64,000 nucleotides of DNA from the human T2T-CHM13v2.0 reference genome, Homo sapiens, in NCBI RefSeq assembly GCF_009914755.1, contig NC_060926.1. The stretch is one strand, 5' to 3'. The stretch's first letter is position 1, and every line of letters begins with the position of its first letter. Position numbers and translations under genes: made by a program. The notes under the pieces were generated by a model that searched no databases, was not told where the DNA came from, and was given only the letters and a program-made list of their open reading frames with translations. This document shows positions 12,304 through 24,516 of this stretch, piece after piece.

Positions 12304-12848
12304 CATCAATGGATGAAAGGATAAAGAAAATGTAGTCTGTATGCATAATAAAATATTATTCAGCTATAAAAATAATGAAATACTGTCATTTGTAACAACA
12401 TGGATGGAACTGCAGGTCATTATGTTAAGTGAAATAAGCCAGACACAGAAAGAAAAACATCACATGCTCTCACTCACATGGGGAAGCTAAAAATGTGGAT
12501 CTCATGGAGGTAGAGTAGAGTGGTGGCTACCAGAAGCTAGGAAGGGTAATGGGGAGGGAGAGATGAAGAGAAGTTGGTTAATGGGTACAAAAATACACTT
12601 AGGTAGATGGAATAAGCTCTAGTATTCTATAGCACAGTAGGGAGACTACAGTTAATGGTAATTGATTGTATATTCCAAAATAGCCAAAAGAGAATAAATG
12701 GAATACTTCCTACACAAAGAAAAGACACATGTATGAGATGACAGCTACTCTTTTTGCCCTGATTTGATCATTGCACATTGTATACATGTATTAAAATTCA
12801 CAGGTACCCCAGAAATTTGCACAACTATTATATATCAATTAAAAAAAG
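12304..12848 (+). mobile_element. L1MA4/4A-type 3' end
   Basis: gttaagtgaaataagccagacacagaaag, gatgaagagaagttggttaatgggtac, and an A tail. Confidence 0.85.
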
Positions 12849-13496
12849 TAAAATTGTAATAGCCAAGAAAAGAAGGGTGTATATTTATCTTCTGATTTTA
12901 TTGTTGCTTATATCTTATGTACATATCGGCCTTCTTATAGAAAACCAAAATGTTTAAACTAATGTTCTTAGAGTTCATATTTATATTTTCTTAAAGATTT
13001 TCTGAAAGTGCTATAATATTTAATATTGCATTCAAAGGCCAGATTCAATTTTGTAGTGTCAAAATTTAAACAGCTTTCCTATTCCTGCCATATCTTGTGA
13101 TTGGTATTGACAAAAATGTGAGAGCACAGTGTCCTGAATTTGATTTATGAACATGCAATATTTACTCTAAACTAGCAAACATCCACATGCACTTCAACTA
13201 TGTTTTTCTATCATCCATTTTACTTTTACATTTTTAGAATCCTTTTAATTTATACACTTTTTAAGCCACTATACATGAAAATTTTTTCATACTACTCATG
13301 TGTTGCTTTCTCCTCATAATTTCATGAGCGTAAATATTCAATATCTAATTTCTTTTGTGGGGAATAACATCAGTGTTTGAGATATGACACTAGGTGTACA
13401 CATTAAATTGTTTAATTTGATGATTAGCAGTTGCCTGGGTAATGGCAAAGAAATCAGCGTTTTGTCGTTTCTTTGTTTGTTTTTAGTTTTTTAAGC

Positions 13497-13945
13497 TGCA
13501 TACAAATGTTCACAGTAGTGTTACTATAGTAGCTCCAAACTGGAAACAACTAGATACGCATTAACTTGGGAATGCATTGAACAACATGGAATATATTCTT
13601 AAATGCATAAAACAACATGGACTACAGTGGACTCCTACTTGGCAATGAAAACAAATAGACGATTAGTGCATACTGGAACATGAGGAATCTCAAAATAATT
13701 ATGCTAGTGAAAGAAGGCAGATACAAAAGGCTATAGACTGTATGATTCCCTTTATACAACACTCTAGAGATTCCATAATTAAGACAGTCAGTGGTTAATG
13801 TTTGCAAATGGGAACATAAGAAATTTTGGGGTGATCGAATATTCTATTTGTTGTGGTCTTTGTTACACGACTACACATTTGCAAAACTCATCAAACTCTG
13901 CATTTAAAGTAGATTAATTTTGCTATATGTTTATTCCAAAATAAA
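13497..13945 (+). mobile_element. L1ME-type 3' end
   Basis: ccaaactggaaacaac; aatctcaaaataattatgctagtgaaagaaggcagatac; catttgcaaaactcatcaaact. Confidence 0.75.
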
Positions 13946-14269
13946 TATAATTTATTTTTTTAAAAAAAGGTAAGAAGGAACATGGAGTTCCAGATACTTG
14001 ACCCAACTTCAACACTTAGAAGAAAAAACAGTCCAATTTTCTTAACTTCAGTTTTATTAATACATAATATGTAGATATTTAGATTATACCTTCTATGCTA
14101 CTGTACAATTAGAGATGGAAATTATATATATGTAATATGTATTTACATTTATACTGTGATATAAGTCCTAAATTATGAAAATGCTACAGCCATTTTCTTA
14201 TAACCTAAATAATACAATCTATTGCTTCACTAGTACATAAATTAGAAATACCTTCAGCTTTTTGAAAGG

Positions 14270-14750
14270 AAATCAAAATGCTTAAACTAATGAGGGTTTA
14301 TTTTTCTCATTTGATAGAAAGTCCCAAGTTTGTTGGCCTGGGCCTGATATTATTATTCAAAGATGTTACTATAGACCTGGATTCTTTCTTCCATATCTTT
14401 CTTGGAGTTCTGGCTTTTGTATTCATGCTTATTACCTCATAGTCACAACATGACTGCTGCCAAATCCAAACATTGTACGCATAATCCAAATCCAGATATC
14501 ATACCCATATTCCAAGCAGTAAGAAGGAGGAGGATGAAGGGAAGAATGACTTTTTCATCATGAAATGTTCCCAGTGAAGGCTGGGCAAAGGGACAATACA
14601 GGAACTGAACCATCCATCTGGGCAGTGGGGTCCTGTGGTCAGAATGTGGAGTTGCACTGCCAGGACTAGAAACCCAACCAGCACACAGCAGATGCGGGCA
14701 GTTATAATTGGTGACTTGACACTTGACAAAATACAGAGGAGAGGCCAAAG
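14270..14750 (-). mobile_element. Old MaLR LTR (MLT1K/L-like)
   Basis: cctcatagtcacaacatgactgctgc resembles the MLT1K/L motif gtcacaagatggctgc. Confidence 0.5.
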
Positions 14751-15009
14751 AGCAGGAAGGCAGTGGAGAGGTGTTTGGTTGTTTGGTGTGTTGGGTGGTA
14801 GGGCAAATTTTCATAGCTTATTTTTTTATTCAAAATAGGAGCATTTCAGGGACCTCAAATAATGTGATGTGGCAAGTTTTCATCTTCTATTCAAATTGTT
14901 AACTAAATTCGAAAATGAAATAAAATTAAATTATGGGAATTTGAAGGAACTTACTGATTTTTAAAAAGCAAAATATCATATAATAGAAAACAAATATGAT
15001 GTGTCTATA

Positions 15010-15466
15010 AAAATGTGCCTCAGCGATCTCTGACTGCCCTGCCAGGAGTGTAATTGCTGATGTCCCCAATGGCTGCTCTTTAAAGTCCATAACTGCATTC
15101 CTGCTGAAGCCACACCTTGCATGGCTTGCTCCTAACCAGTGGCTGAATGCAGCTGGGATAATAAGCCAGGTCTCTTTCTGTGAGAGGTGGCATTCCCCTG
15201 AGGGGTGCCATTAGTTCAAGAATTCCCTGATAGTCTTACCAAACCTTCCTTGGAATTGCACTAGAGTCAAATACACTTCCATCTAACCTTCTTTTCAGTT
15301 GAAGTTAAAACTCTTTCTGTTGAAATTAAAACTACAGGGTGGTCTGATAGCTCGGCCAGACTCTACACTTCCCCTCATTTCCCCTAACAGGCATTGCTCC
15401 TAATAAATCTCTCCCACTGCTAATCCTGTTTTGGAGTCAGCTTCTCAGAGAATTCCAACTAACACA
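15010..15466 (+). mobile_element. LTR16A-like ERVL solo LTR
   Basis: gctcctaaccagtggctgaatgc; poly(A) signal cctaataaatctc; terminus cagcttctcagagaattccaactaacaca. Confidence 0.75.
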
Positions 15467-15679
15467 AATGGCAACACTTTTTCAGTCATGTGAGGCAATA
15501 AACAAACAAAATTTGAAAGGAACAATACAATAAACCCATATTTGACAATTCTAGCTTAGGGTAAAAAAAAAAAATAGCATTGACAAGATTTGTAACACAA
15601 AAGACTACCTACCAACACTAAGGGAATTAAATATAAGGATAGAAACAATTTTATAACAAACAATTTGAAAATTAATGTC

Positions 15680-15965
15680 CTCAAGTATTAATTGAATTAA
15701 TCATTTTTAATATTAATATATTAATTGAGATATTAATTATTTAATATAATTTAATCATTTAATGGTGATTAATCAATGAATATATTAATATCAATATAAT
15801 ATCAATTATTATTAATTGCTATTATGTATTCATTATTATAATTTTATATATTCATATAATTAATAAATATAGGAATATACAAAATTATAATATATAGTAT
15901 ATAATAATTATATGGTTAATAATTAATTATGAATTAATTATTAATAATCAATTATTAATATTCTT
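15680..15965. repeat. AT-rich low-complexity tract
   Basis: Almost entirely A/T. Confidence 0.85.
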
Positions 15966-16000
15966 GGTACATTCTTAATTCATTTATATATGCATTTAAG

Positions 16001-16376
16001 ATATACATATGTGTATATATGTGTATGTATATATGTACACATGTGTGTATATATGTATGTACATATATATGTATGCGTGTATATATGTATGTACACATAT
16101 GTGTATATATGTGTGTATGTGTGTATACACACATAATATACATACACACATATATACACACATACACACATATGTGTGTATATATGTATGTACACATATG
16201 TGTATATATGTGTGTATGTGTGTATACACACATAATATACATACACACATATATACACACATACACACATATGTGTGTATATATGTAAATTTACACACAT
16301 GCATACACGTGTGTATATATACACACATATAATACATATACACACATATAATACATATACACACATATGTATATAT
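16001..16376. repeat. Compound (TA/TG/CA)n microsatellite containing a duplicated 99-bp unit
   Basis: Unit 16081-16179 is repeated at 16180-16278; the ORF track shows the matching 33-aa periodicity. Confidence 0.9.
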
Positions 16377-18560
16377 GTGACCTATTATGTGAAAAGGTTG
16401 GCAGCAGTAAATAAAACAGACAAAACAAAATAGACAAAAAAAATCCTGGCCTCCTGGATTTTATGTTGTAGTGAGGGAAATACTAAATACAAGGAATAAG
16501 TATATTATTCTTCATGATAGGTAGTGATAAGTTCAAATAAGTAAAATAAAGCAGGGAAGGGAAAAAATGTGTTGATGAGTGGGTAAGAGGCTATGAAAAT
16601 TTCAGATAAAGTGGCCTGGAAGGACTTATTCAAAAGGTTACATTTAAGTAATGGCCTCAAGTAAAGAAGAAATGGGCCCTGTAAATATATTACTTTATCA
16701 AGGAAAGTGTATTTAAGGCAGAGAGAACTGTAAAATGCCAAAAGCCTTGGGCAGAAGTATGTCTAATATGTTTGAGTAAAATCAAGGAAGTCAATGTCCT
16801 CACCAGAGAAAACTGGGGAAGAGTGAGTGCTATAGGAGCTTAGGCCAGAGAGTAAGGTCATTTGGGTCTTATAGGTCCTGGGATAATTTTGGAAAAATAA
16901 ATAAGCAATATCCCATGATCTTTACTTAGCAGGATAGGTCTAGTTTCTGTGTTGAAAATAGACTACATAGGACTAGAAACTAAAAAGCAGGGAAACCAGT
17001 TCAGAGGCTATTTCAATAATCAAAAAGAGGTTACGGTGGACTGTGGCAAATTGATGGCAGTGAATATTTTGATAAGTAGTGATAGCTTAATATATACTGA
17101 ATTTAAATCTCACTCATTCTGCTAAAATCTCAGATGTGAGGGATGAAAAGGAAGAGAAGAATCAAATTTGGCTTTTTCTTTTTTCCTGAGCAAATGGACA
17201 CCTTGAGTTTTTATTTATTGATTTGAACAGTGAGAGAAAGAGGACGGTTGGGAAGTGGGAATTCTTCAGAAATTTAATTTTGGCTAGGTATAGTTTGTGA
17301 TACTTTTAAGATATCTAGTTAAAGTGATCAAGTAAGCATTTAAAGAACTAAGTCTAGGGGTTAGAAGAGAGGCCAGGTTGAATATTTACGTTAGGGAGTC
17401 ATTTTAATTTTGATACCATGCTAATAAAAGTGAGATAACTAAGAAAACTGTGTAGTTAAATAAGGTGAGCACAGAGGACTGATATTGATGGCAATTAATG
17501 ATTGATTATTTAGAACATTTTTAGTGAAACAGTGGAAGCAAAATTCTGGTTAGAAAAAATGAGAATAAAAAAAAAATTGGAGACAGCAAATGTGTAAACT
17601 GCTTCAGGGAATTTCTCTCAACAGGCTGGAAAGGAATAGGCCAGTAGCTAGAAAGACAAATGAGAACAAGAAAAAAAAAAAAAGAGAGATTTAATAGCTT
17701 ATTTTAAACTGATTAAAAATGGATTCAGTGAAGAAGGAAAAATTGATGGAAAAAGAGAGGGAGTTTGTGGAGCAGTGTTTTTGAGTAGACGAGCAGGAAC
17801 AATTGAAGAGTGGATGCTGGAGCAGAGATACTGACTACCCGCCATATATCCTTTCAACTGCTGGGTTCATCCACAGCTGCAGTAGATAGCTTCCTTCCTC
17901 AAACCATTTTCTGGCACTGCAGAAGATCCTCTGCTAAAACTAGACACAACCTGGAGGTATGGAGGTAGTTGTGGGAGGAGGGGAAAGTATAGGGATAACA
18001 CTCCAGGCAACTTAGGAGAGTGGATCTCATGGTCAACGCTCCAGTTTCCCAATGTTCTAGTGAGACAATTCCCAGGCATCATTCAAAGGATCCCCAGCAG
18101 ATTGATCCCACATACTCAGTGTGGTAACCAGCTCCTTAAAATCTTTTCATTGACTTTACTTCTTTTCTTCTCCCACTTTCCCCATTCCTTTACTTTCTTT
18201 CCTAAGATCACTTCTCAAATAGACCGCCAGAAAGTGAAGCATCATTTCAGAATCTGGGTTTTATTGGAGGGAAAAACCTGATAGCGTGTCTGACTCTAAC
18301 TGAGAGTGTGGACAATTTGTCCATAAAACTGGAGACAATGCAGAAAGTGGACACAGACACAAGTAGGAGGCATGTGTGGAAGTGAAAGTTTGAGGAGTTC
18401 TCTTTAAATCGCTTCTGTTTTCTCTCTGAAATAGGAAGCAAGTGATAAGCTGAGTATGAAGATGTTTTGGAGTTTAAAAGAAAGAGGAGAATATATAAAA
18501 TGGCAACTAGAATAATGATAGAAAAAAATTGATTGATAAAACATTGTATAATTTCTGGGC
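16377..18560 (-). mobile_element. L2 LINE 3' region, interrupted by an LTR16
   Basis: acctattatgtg...aaatcctggcctcctggattttatgttgtagtgaggga; aggctatttcaataatc; purine-rich L2 antisense texture. Confidence 0.7.
17815..18285 (+). mobile_element. LTR16C/E-like ERVL solo LTR
   Basis: gatccccagcagattgatccca; terminus cctaagatcacttctcaaatagac...gggaaaaacct. Confidence 0.7.
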
Positions 18561-19039
18561 AGTAAGAAGAGCCATAAACATAATCTAAATTATATTTCCT
18601 TTAAATCTGAGTTTCTCACTCTGCCTAGACCACCATACCATTCAACCCCTTTCTAATATCTACTTTTACATATCTCTTTTAAAAAGTATGTTGAATATAA
18701 TATTTACAACTGATATGATGTGATCTCTCACATCTGCAAATCCCTGATTGAAAGAACAAACAGCCTAACACTGCTTCTGCTTAAAGACTTGCTTTAACAA
18801 ATCCTTTTGCTCCTCTCATTGCATTATAACTGGAACGGAAGAAATAATGATATGTAGAATTTTGAAAATAGCTAAATGGAAAAGCATAAACAATTACTAT
18901 AGATATAATAAAAGAAATGTTTGTCATCTTTACATTCAGTTATATTAAAGTACATTTTCATGTGGCAACACTTGTATAATCTACATTTTCCCCATTTTTT
19001 CTAAAAAACTAAATTTATAATCCCTCTCCTTTTTTTTTT

Positions 19040-19390
19040 TTCAAAAAATACTTTACACAAATTCTTAGAAGCTTAAAACAATAAGCATTTGTTATCATGC
19101 TTACAAGACTGGTTCTCTTCAGGTGATTCAATCTCAGGTTCCCACACTGGGGTCAGATAAGATACCTCTGCCTAGTAAATTTCTTATTACTCTTGACCGG
19201 GGGCTATCCGGAACAAAGTCCTTATTCTGGTAGAAGCTGGGGAAAGGAATGAGGAGAATCATACTTTGCATTAACTTGGAACTGACACACTTTCATATTA
19301 CTTTGGCCAAAACAACTCTCGTGACAAAAGCTATGAGCATAGGAAAAGAGAAAAATTGGTAACAGTAGTTAACAGAATCTACTATACCTC
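19040..19390 (-). mobile_element. MLT1I/J-like MaLR fragment
   Basis: cttagaagcttaaaacaataagcatt; ttggaactgacacac...ttggccaaaacaa. Confidence 0.5.
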
Positions 19391-20527
19391 ACATGACAGC
19401 TCCTTCTTTTAAATAGTTTCATTTAATTCAATCACAGTGAATTGTGTATGCAATTATTTGGGTAATAATGTTTCTCTTCTTAACAGGTAACCCATGAAGG
19501 CTGTCCAATTCCATCTAGCTGAGAGTCTAACATAAAGTTCAAATGCAGTAAGTATTTGTTGATTTATCACTAATAGGTAACAAAGTATAATACTGACTTA
19601 ATCAAAACACAATATACTGAGAAAATCAAAATGGGATCTTGGAATAGAAAAGAAGAAATAAGGATTCTAATCATTAGGAGACATAATACTACAGCTGAGT
19701 AGTAGTATTGACGCAGAAGATGGATGGAAAAAGTCATTAAGAACATACACTAGTTAAGGCAAATTGCAATAAAATGGAAGACTTACTTCAAAGTATAATT
19801 CTGAAAAAACATTTAGAAAGTAAGGAATAAGGGGAAAAGGAAGGCAGAGGAAAAAAGGAAGGGAGAGAGGAAAGGGAAGAGAATGTAGCAAATGTGTATT
19901 AATTAAGTTCTAAGGAATAGAGTTAATTTTATTAAGTGAATATTTCAAATTCTGTATATACATTCAGGCTAAGAAGATACTAAGTTTTACTTTAGTAGAT
20001 TTAGGGAAATGTTAAATCTTCCCAGTTTTTCTACTCACATATTGCTGGCCTAATTTAGAATAACTAAAGATCTTAAACATTTTATTAAAAGAAATAGGCA
20101 AAAGAAAATAAATGACTCAAAAAAAGTCTGTAAAGAATAATAAGAAAAAAGAAAAAGTTACCCTGTTGTTTGTGGCTCAGCAACAGGTCTTCATATATGA
20201 AATCCAGCACTGTGTTTTTACTTTGTAAGAGAAAGCGAGGACTTGTACAAACTTTTTATTACTACAACTGCCTACCTCTATACATTTCCTTATCCCCCTT
20301 GCTACTGGCTTGTGAGAGGATATAACCTGAGTTGCTCTCTTCTTGAAATTTCCATCTACATTCTGAAGATTTTTCCTCCCAAATTGCCTTTAGTGTTAAC
20401 TGATATCTTTAATACATTTTCCTTGCTAATTCCAAAAGAAAATGTAGCTTGTCCTTTATTCCCTTTGGTCTCTTTTTGGTATTCAACATGGAACTGGTTA
20501 TTTTAAAGAAGACATCTTGGCCAATTA

Positions 20528-20640
20528 ATTTTTTTTTTTTTTTAAGAGACATGTTGCCTAGGCTGGCCTCAAACTCTCAAACTCCTTCTTGGGTCAAGCA
20601 GTTCTCCCATTGTGGTTTTCCATGAGCCAATGCTCCAGGC
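20528..20640 (-). mobile_element. Degraded Alu monomer (FLAM-like)
   Basis: Poly-T followed by atgttgcctaggctggcctcaaactc...tgagcca. Confidence 0.65.
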
Positions 20641-20714
20641 AAAAATCTATCTTTTATAGAAGTATAGACCAAATTCAGTACTAAAAGCCACAAGGTTTAG
20701 AAAAGGCCATTAGC

Positions 20715-21040
20715 CACCAGGCATGGTGGCTCATGACTGCAATCCTAGCACTTTGGGAGGTGAGAGGCTGAGGCGGGTGGGTCACTTGAGGTCAGGAGTT
20801 CGAGACCAGCCCAGCCAACATGGTGAAACCCCATCTCTACTAAAAATACAAACATTAGTAGGGTGTGGTGGTGTGCACCTATAATCCCAGCTACTCAGGA
20901 TGTTGAGGCAGGAGAATGCCTTCAACTGGGGAGGTGGAGGTCATAGTTAGCTGAAGTCATGCCACTGCACTCCAGCCTGGGCGACAGAGTGAGACTCTGT
21001 CTCAAATAAATAAATAAATAAATAAATAAAAATAAAAAAA
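20715..21040 (+). mobile_element. AluS (Sx/Sz-like) with a (TAAA)n tail
   Basis: Perfect 16-bp TSD agaaaaggccattagc at 20699-20714 and 21041-21056. Confidence 0.95.
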
Positions 21041-21171
21041 AGAAAAGGCCATTAGCACATGCTGTTAGCATATGGCAACTACAGAATTATAAGAAGTCAA
21101 AAAAATATATAGAAGTTTGGTGTCCTTTTGCTTTCTAATCTAAGAAGCAAATATATAATTCATCAGACTAA

Positions 21172-21400
21172 ATCAAGGTCTTCAATTAGGGATATATTTG
21201 CCACTCTCCTCAGGCTGCATTTGGCAATGTCTCAAGACAGTTTTGGTTGTTACAACTGAAGGGGTTTGGCAGTTGCTACTGCCATTTAGTAGAGGAGAGC
21301 CCAGGGAAGTGCTAAGCATCCTACATTGCACAAAGCAGGCACTCATAACAAAGAATTATCCAGCTCAATTGTCAGTAGTGCCACGTTTGAAATACATTGG
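21172..21400 (+). mobile_element. MER20 (hAT-Charlie)
   Basis: catttggcaatgtctcaagacagttttggttgttacaactg ... aacaaagaattatccagctc. Confidence 0.85.
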
Positions 21401-24054
21401 CACTTAATATATGGAAATTCAATGTAAGGAGTTACAACGACATCAAAGTTTGTAAGATTAGACTTCAACCAGATTGAATGTCTATCAGAAAAGAAACTGT
21501 GTCCCCCAGAAAAAAGGGTGGTGACTCCCAGGCCTATGAAAACAGTAATTCTTCAAAAACCAACATCAGCAATGACTACAAACAAGGTCCAGAAGGGAGA
21601 AGACCTTAAGCACAGACTTATCTGCTACTGGTAAGGTCACCCCTCTAGAAAGGAATCCAAAGACTCTGTTATTCTGGAAACATTCAGTTTATCTAACAGA
21701 CTTCCACTGTTCTGATTTCCTTGCCCTCACTTTAGTTTCAGATTACCAATTCACTTCCCATGGAGGATTGCTTGCCATAGGAAGAAAATATATTCATCAT
21801 GCATGCACAGGTATCCGGGTTCTGGTAACAGTTACTTTTATTATTCACACAAATTGTTATTTGTATTATAATCTATGTTCCCACACAGGTTCCCTAAACA
21901 GAAAATATTTTGGCCATGTTGATACAAGTATTAGTGTCTGTATTTTGTGTTGTTTTTAAAATGTTATTCTAGTAATCCACACCACTATTTTGCATTGATT
22001 AAGTGGAATCCATTTTTGAAATCTGCATCAACTTCAGAAAAGCTGAAATTGTTATACTTCTGAATCTTTAATGCTAACATCCAAACTCTAGGCAACACAA
22101 AATTCACCCAGAAAATACATGTCAATATTTTGGAAGATAGTCAATTGTTCTTTGATTTAACTGTGTCTTAACTGATTATTTCCCTTAAATTTTCACAACT
22201 AGTTCTTTAAAAATCTGTGCTTTATTCATATTCTGCCTATATGTCTGTTCTATCAGACATATAGAACATGTATTTTATAATGGCTTCCAGAGAAAAATCA
22301 ATATGTTGGGAATTTTAAAATGTAAAAATATTAATGTGCACAGATTTTCCCTTCTGGACTTTTTTTTCTCCTTATAAAGGCAAATAAGATTCCTTGATGT
22401 TAATTAAGATGTTAAATTTCTCAGAGGCATTTCTGTCAAAGCTGGTAATAATTTCACAGGTACATAATTATATTAAGCTCTCTCTCAATCTAGTGTCTAC
22501 CAAGGAGTTCTTTGTTTGGGGAAAATAAAAATAAAATGATGGTGGCTCAGGTAAGTTTTATTTTCTGTTATTGAACACTTGTGCTTTAAACTTATCTATA
22601 GCTAGTAGAAAAATCTATCTACTTATTTTCTTTTTAGTAAATAATGTTATAGTTTCTGACCACATCTGAAAGATCTAATAATAAGAAGATGGCATATAAA
22701 TTTCCAAGCTATTTTAAGTGTGGATATCAAGTATTCAAGATACTGTGAAAAATAACTTATAATAATGATCCAGAAGCCCCTTAATCAACAAGCAATGTTT
22801 TACCTATTATGTCAGCATGATGAAAAGCAACATCTTTAAATATTCGGTAGCTAACAAATGTGATTTCCCTAGCATTCGTTTTCCAAACAAAATTCCAAAA
22901 CTGTAAAATTCTAAGCAAATCATAAAATAACAACAGTTTTCCTTATGACATCTAGATGAATTGTAGAAATGCACATGCAAAAGTCACTTTAAGTGTGTGA
23001 AGGTCAAGACTTTCTTATTTTTTCATGCAAATTAAAATTGTTTGAGATCTTTACAATGTAAAATTGTTATTTTAAAGAGCATGTCATAATATGGGTTGCT
23101 TGTTTTTGTTTTTGTGTACAACATCAACCAGAAAGGTAAAGAAAAATAAAAGTATCTATAAACAGCAACTTCCTGTGGAATAGACCCCAGAGACCAAAAA
23201 AAAATGCAGAATTTAGCACCAGGTATTCACTATTAGCACACTGATGAATTCCAGGTAAGCTGTCTACCTTTTAATAGGTTAATAGGTAAACTTTAGCCCA
23301 TGTAATAGACATAGGTCAGAGCAAGGGAGAACTCCTGCAGCAAAACCAAGGCAACAGCCACTTCTACCCTCCCTAGAGCTGCAGCCTCAGGAAGCAGCCC
23401 CTCTGATTCTGCTCACACCAACCTCAGGAAGTTGGAGGGAACTCTCTCAATATCACTGAAAAAAGACCTTGTACAGCCCAAGTAGTAGAGACTCAGAAGC
23501 CAACATACTATCAAATAAAAACATTCCAGACCATAGTTTTATGTCTCTATTGTTATAAAGAGACTTCACAATTTATTCTAGGGCTTCTCCATGTTTACCC
23601 CAGTCACCATCAAAGTCAACATTTGTCATTTTGTTTATTATATGTCACCTGCAATTAAACTTTATCACTTTCCATAAATCCATTGATTCTCTCTTCTTTT
23701 TCTCCATCCTTTCTTCTCTCTCCAAAACCCTTGAACTCTATGCAGTCATTGACTTCTGCTTTTTGTTTTCCCAGCACATTTGCTTTTTCCTTAACACTGT
23801 CAGAGCACTCCTATATAGCCTTGACTTAACTAACCCTCATTACACTCTGCAAAAATTGCTTCACTGGCCTTTTCAAGGTAGGTTTGTGTTTTTTCTATCC
23901 CAAGTCAAACATATAAGGAGAGAGAAGTTTTCCTTTTCACCTTCATTGCCATTTCTTGACAATCACACCTTTTTCCTACAAAATATTTGCTCCTTATGAA
24001 GCTGCTAACTTCTTCACTGCTGGTCTCATACCTCACTTAAGGTGATACTTCACT

Positions 24055-24516
24055 TAAGGTAACGGATACATTTTGGCTCTGTGTCCCCACCCAAATCTCA
24101 TCTTGCAGTTCCCATGATTCCCGTGTGTTATGGGAGGGACCCAGTGGGAGATGACTGAATCATGAGGGTGGGTCTTTCTAGTGCTGTTCTTTTGATAGTG
24201 AATGGGTCTCACAAGATCTGATGGTTTTAAAAATGGGAGTTTCTTTGCACAAGCCCTCTCTTTGCCGGCTTCCATCCACATAAGATGTGACTTTCTCCTC
24301 CTTGCCTTTCGCCATGATTGTGAGGCCTCCCTAGCCATGTGGACTTGTAAGTCTAATAAACCTCTTTCTTTTGTAAATTGCTCAGTCTCGGGTATGTCTT
24401 TATCAGCAGCATGAAAATAAGCTAATACAGTGGCTAATTGTTCCAGTTTGCCCAAAACTGCAGGGGTTTTCAGGAAAAGGGACTTTCAGTTGTGAAATCA
24501 TGAGTTGGCCATCCTA
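24055..24516. mobile_element. MER81 (hAT-Blackjack) split by THE1
   Basis: taaggtaac|...|ttgttccagtttgcccaaaactg...gggactttcagt...gttggccatccta; TIR type tagggtgacc. Confidence 0.65.
24064..24429 (+). mobile_element. THE1A/B solo LTR (MaLR)
   Basis: ggctctgtgtccccacccaaatctcatcttg ... ctttatcagcagcatgaaaataagctaataca. Confidence 0.92.

Noticed and set aside
15955-16366. Five overlapping 89-128 aa ORFs rich in Y/I/C/V/H/T
   Set aside because: These are translations of an RY microsatellite that lacks stop codons
19487-19547. Apparent AG ... GTAAGT mini-exon
   Set aside because: It lies in a probable decayed L2 tail, and the signals are weak
21428-21633. Stop-free frame of about 68 codons ending near TG|GTAAGG
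   Set aside because: No convincing acceptor and no recognisable peptide
24054-24455. 133-aa ORF (and the similar 53300-53644 ORF)
   Set aside because: Antisense read-through of THE1/MST LTRs
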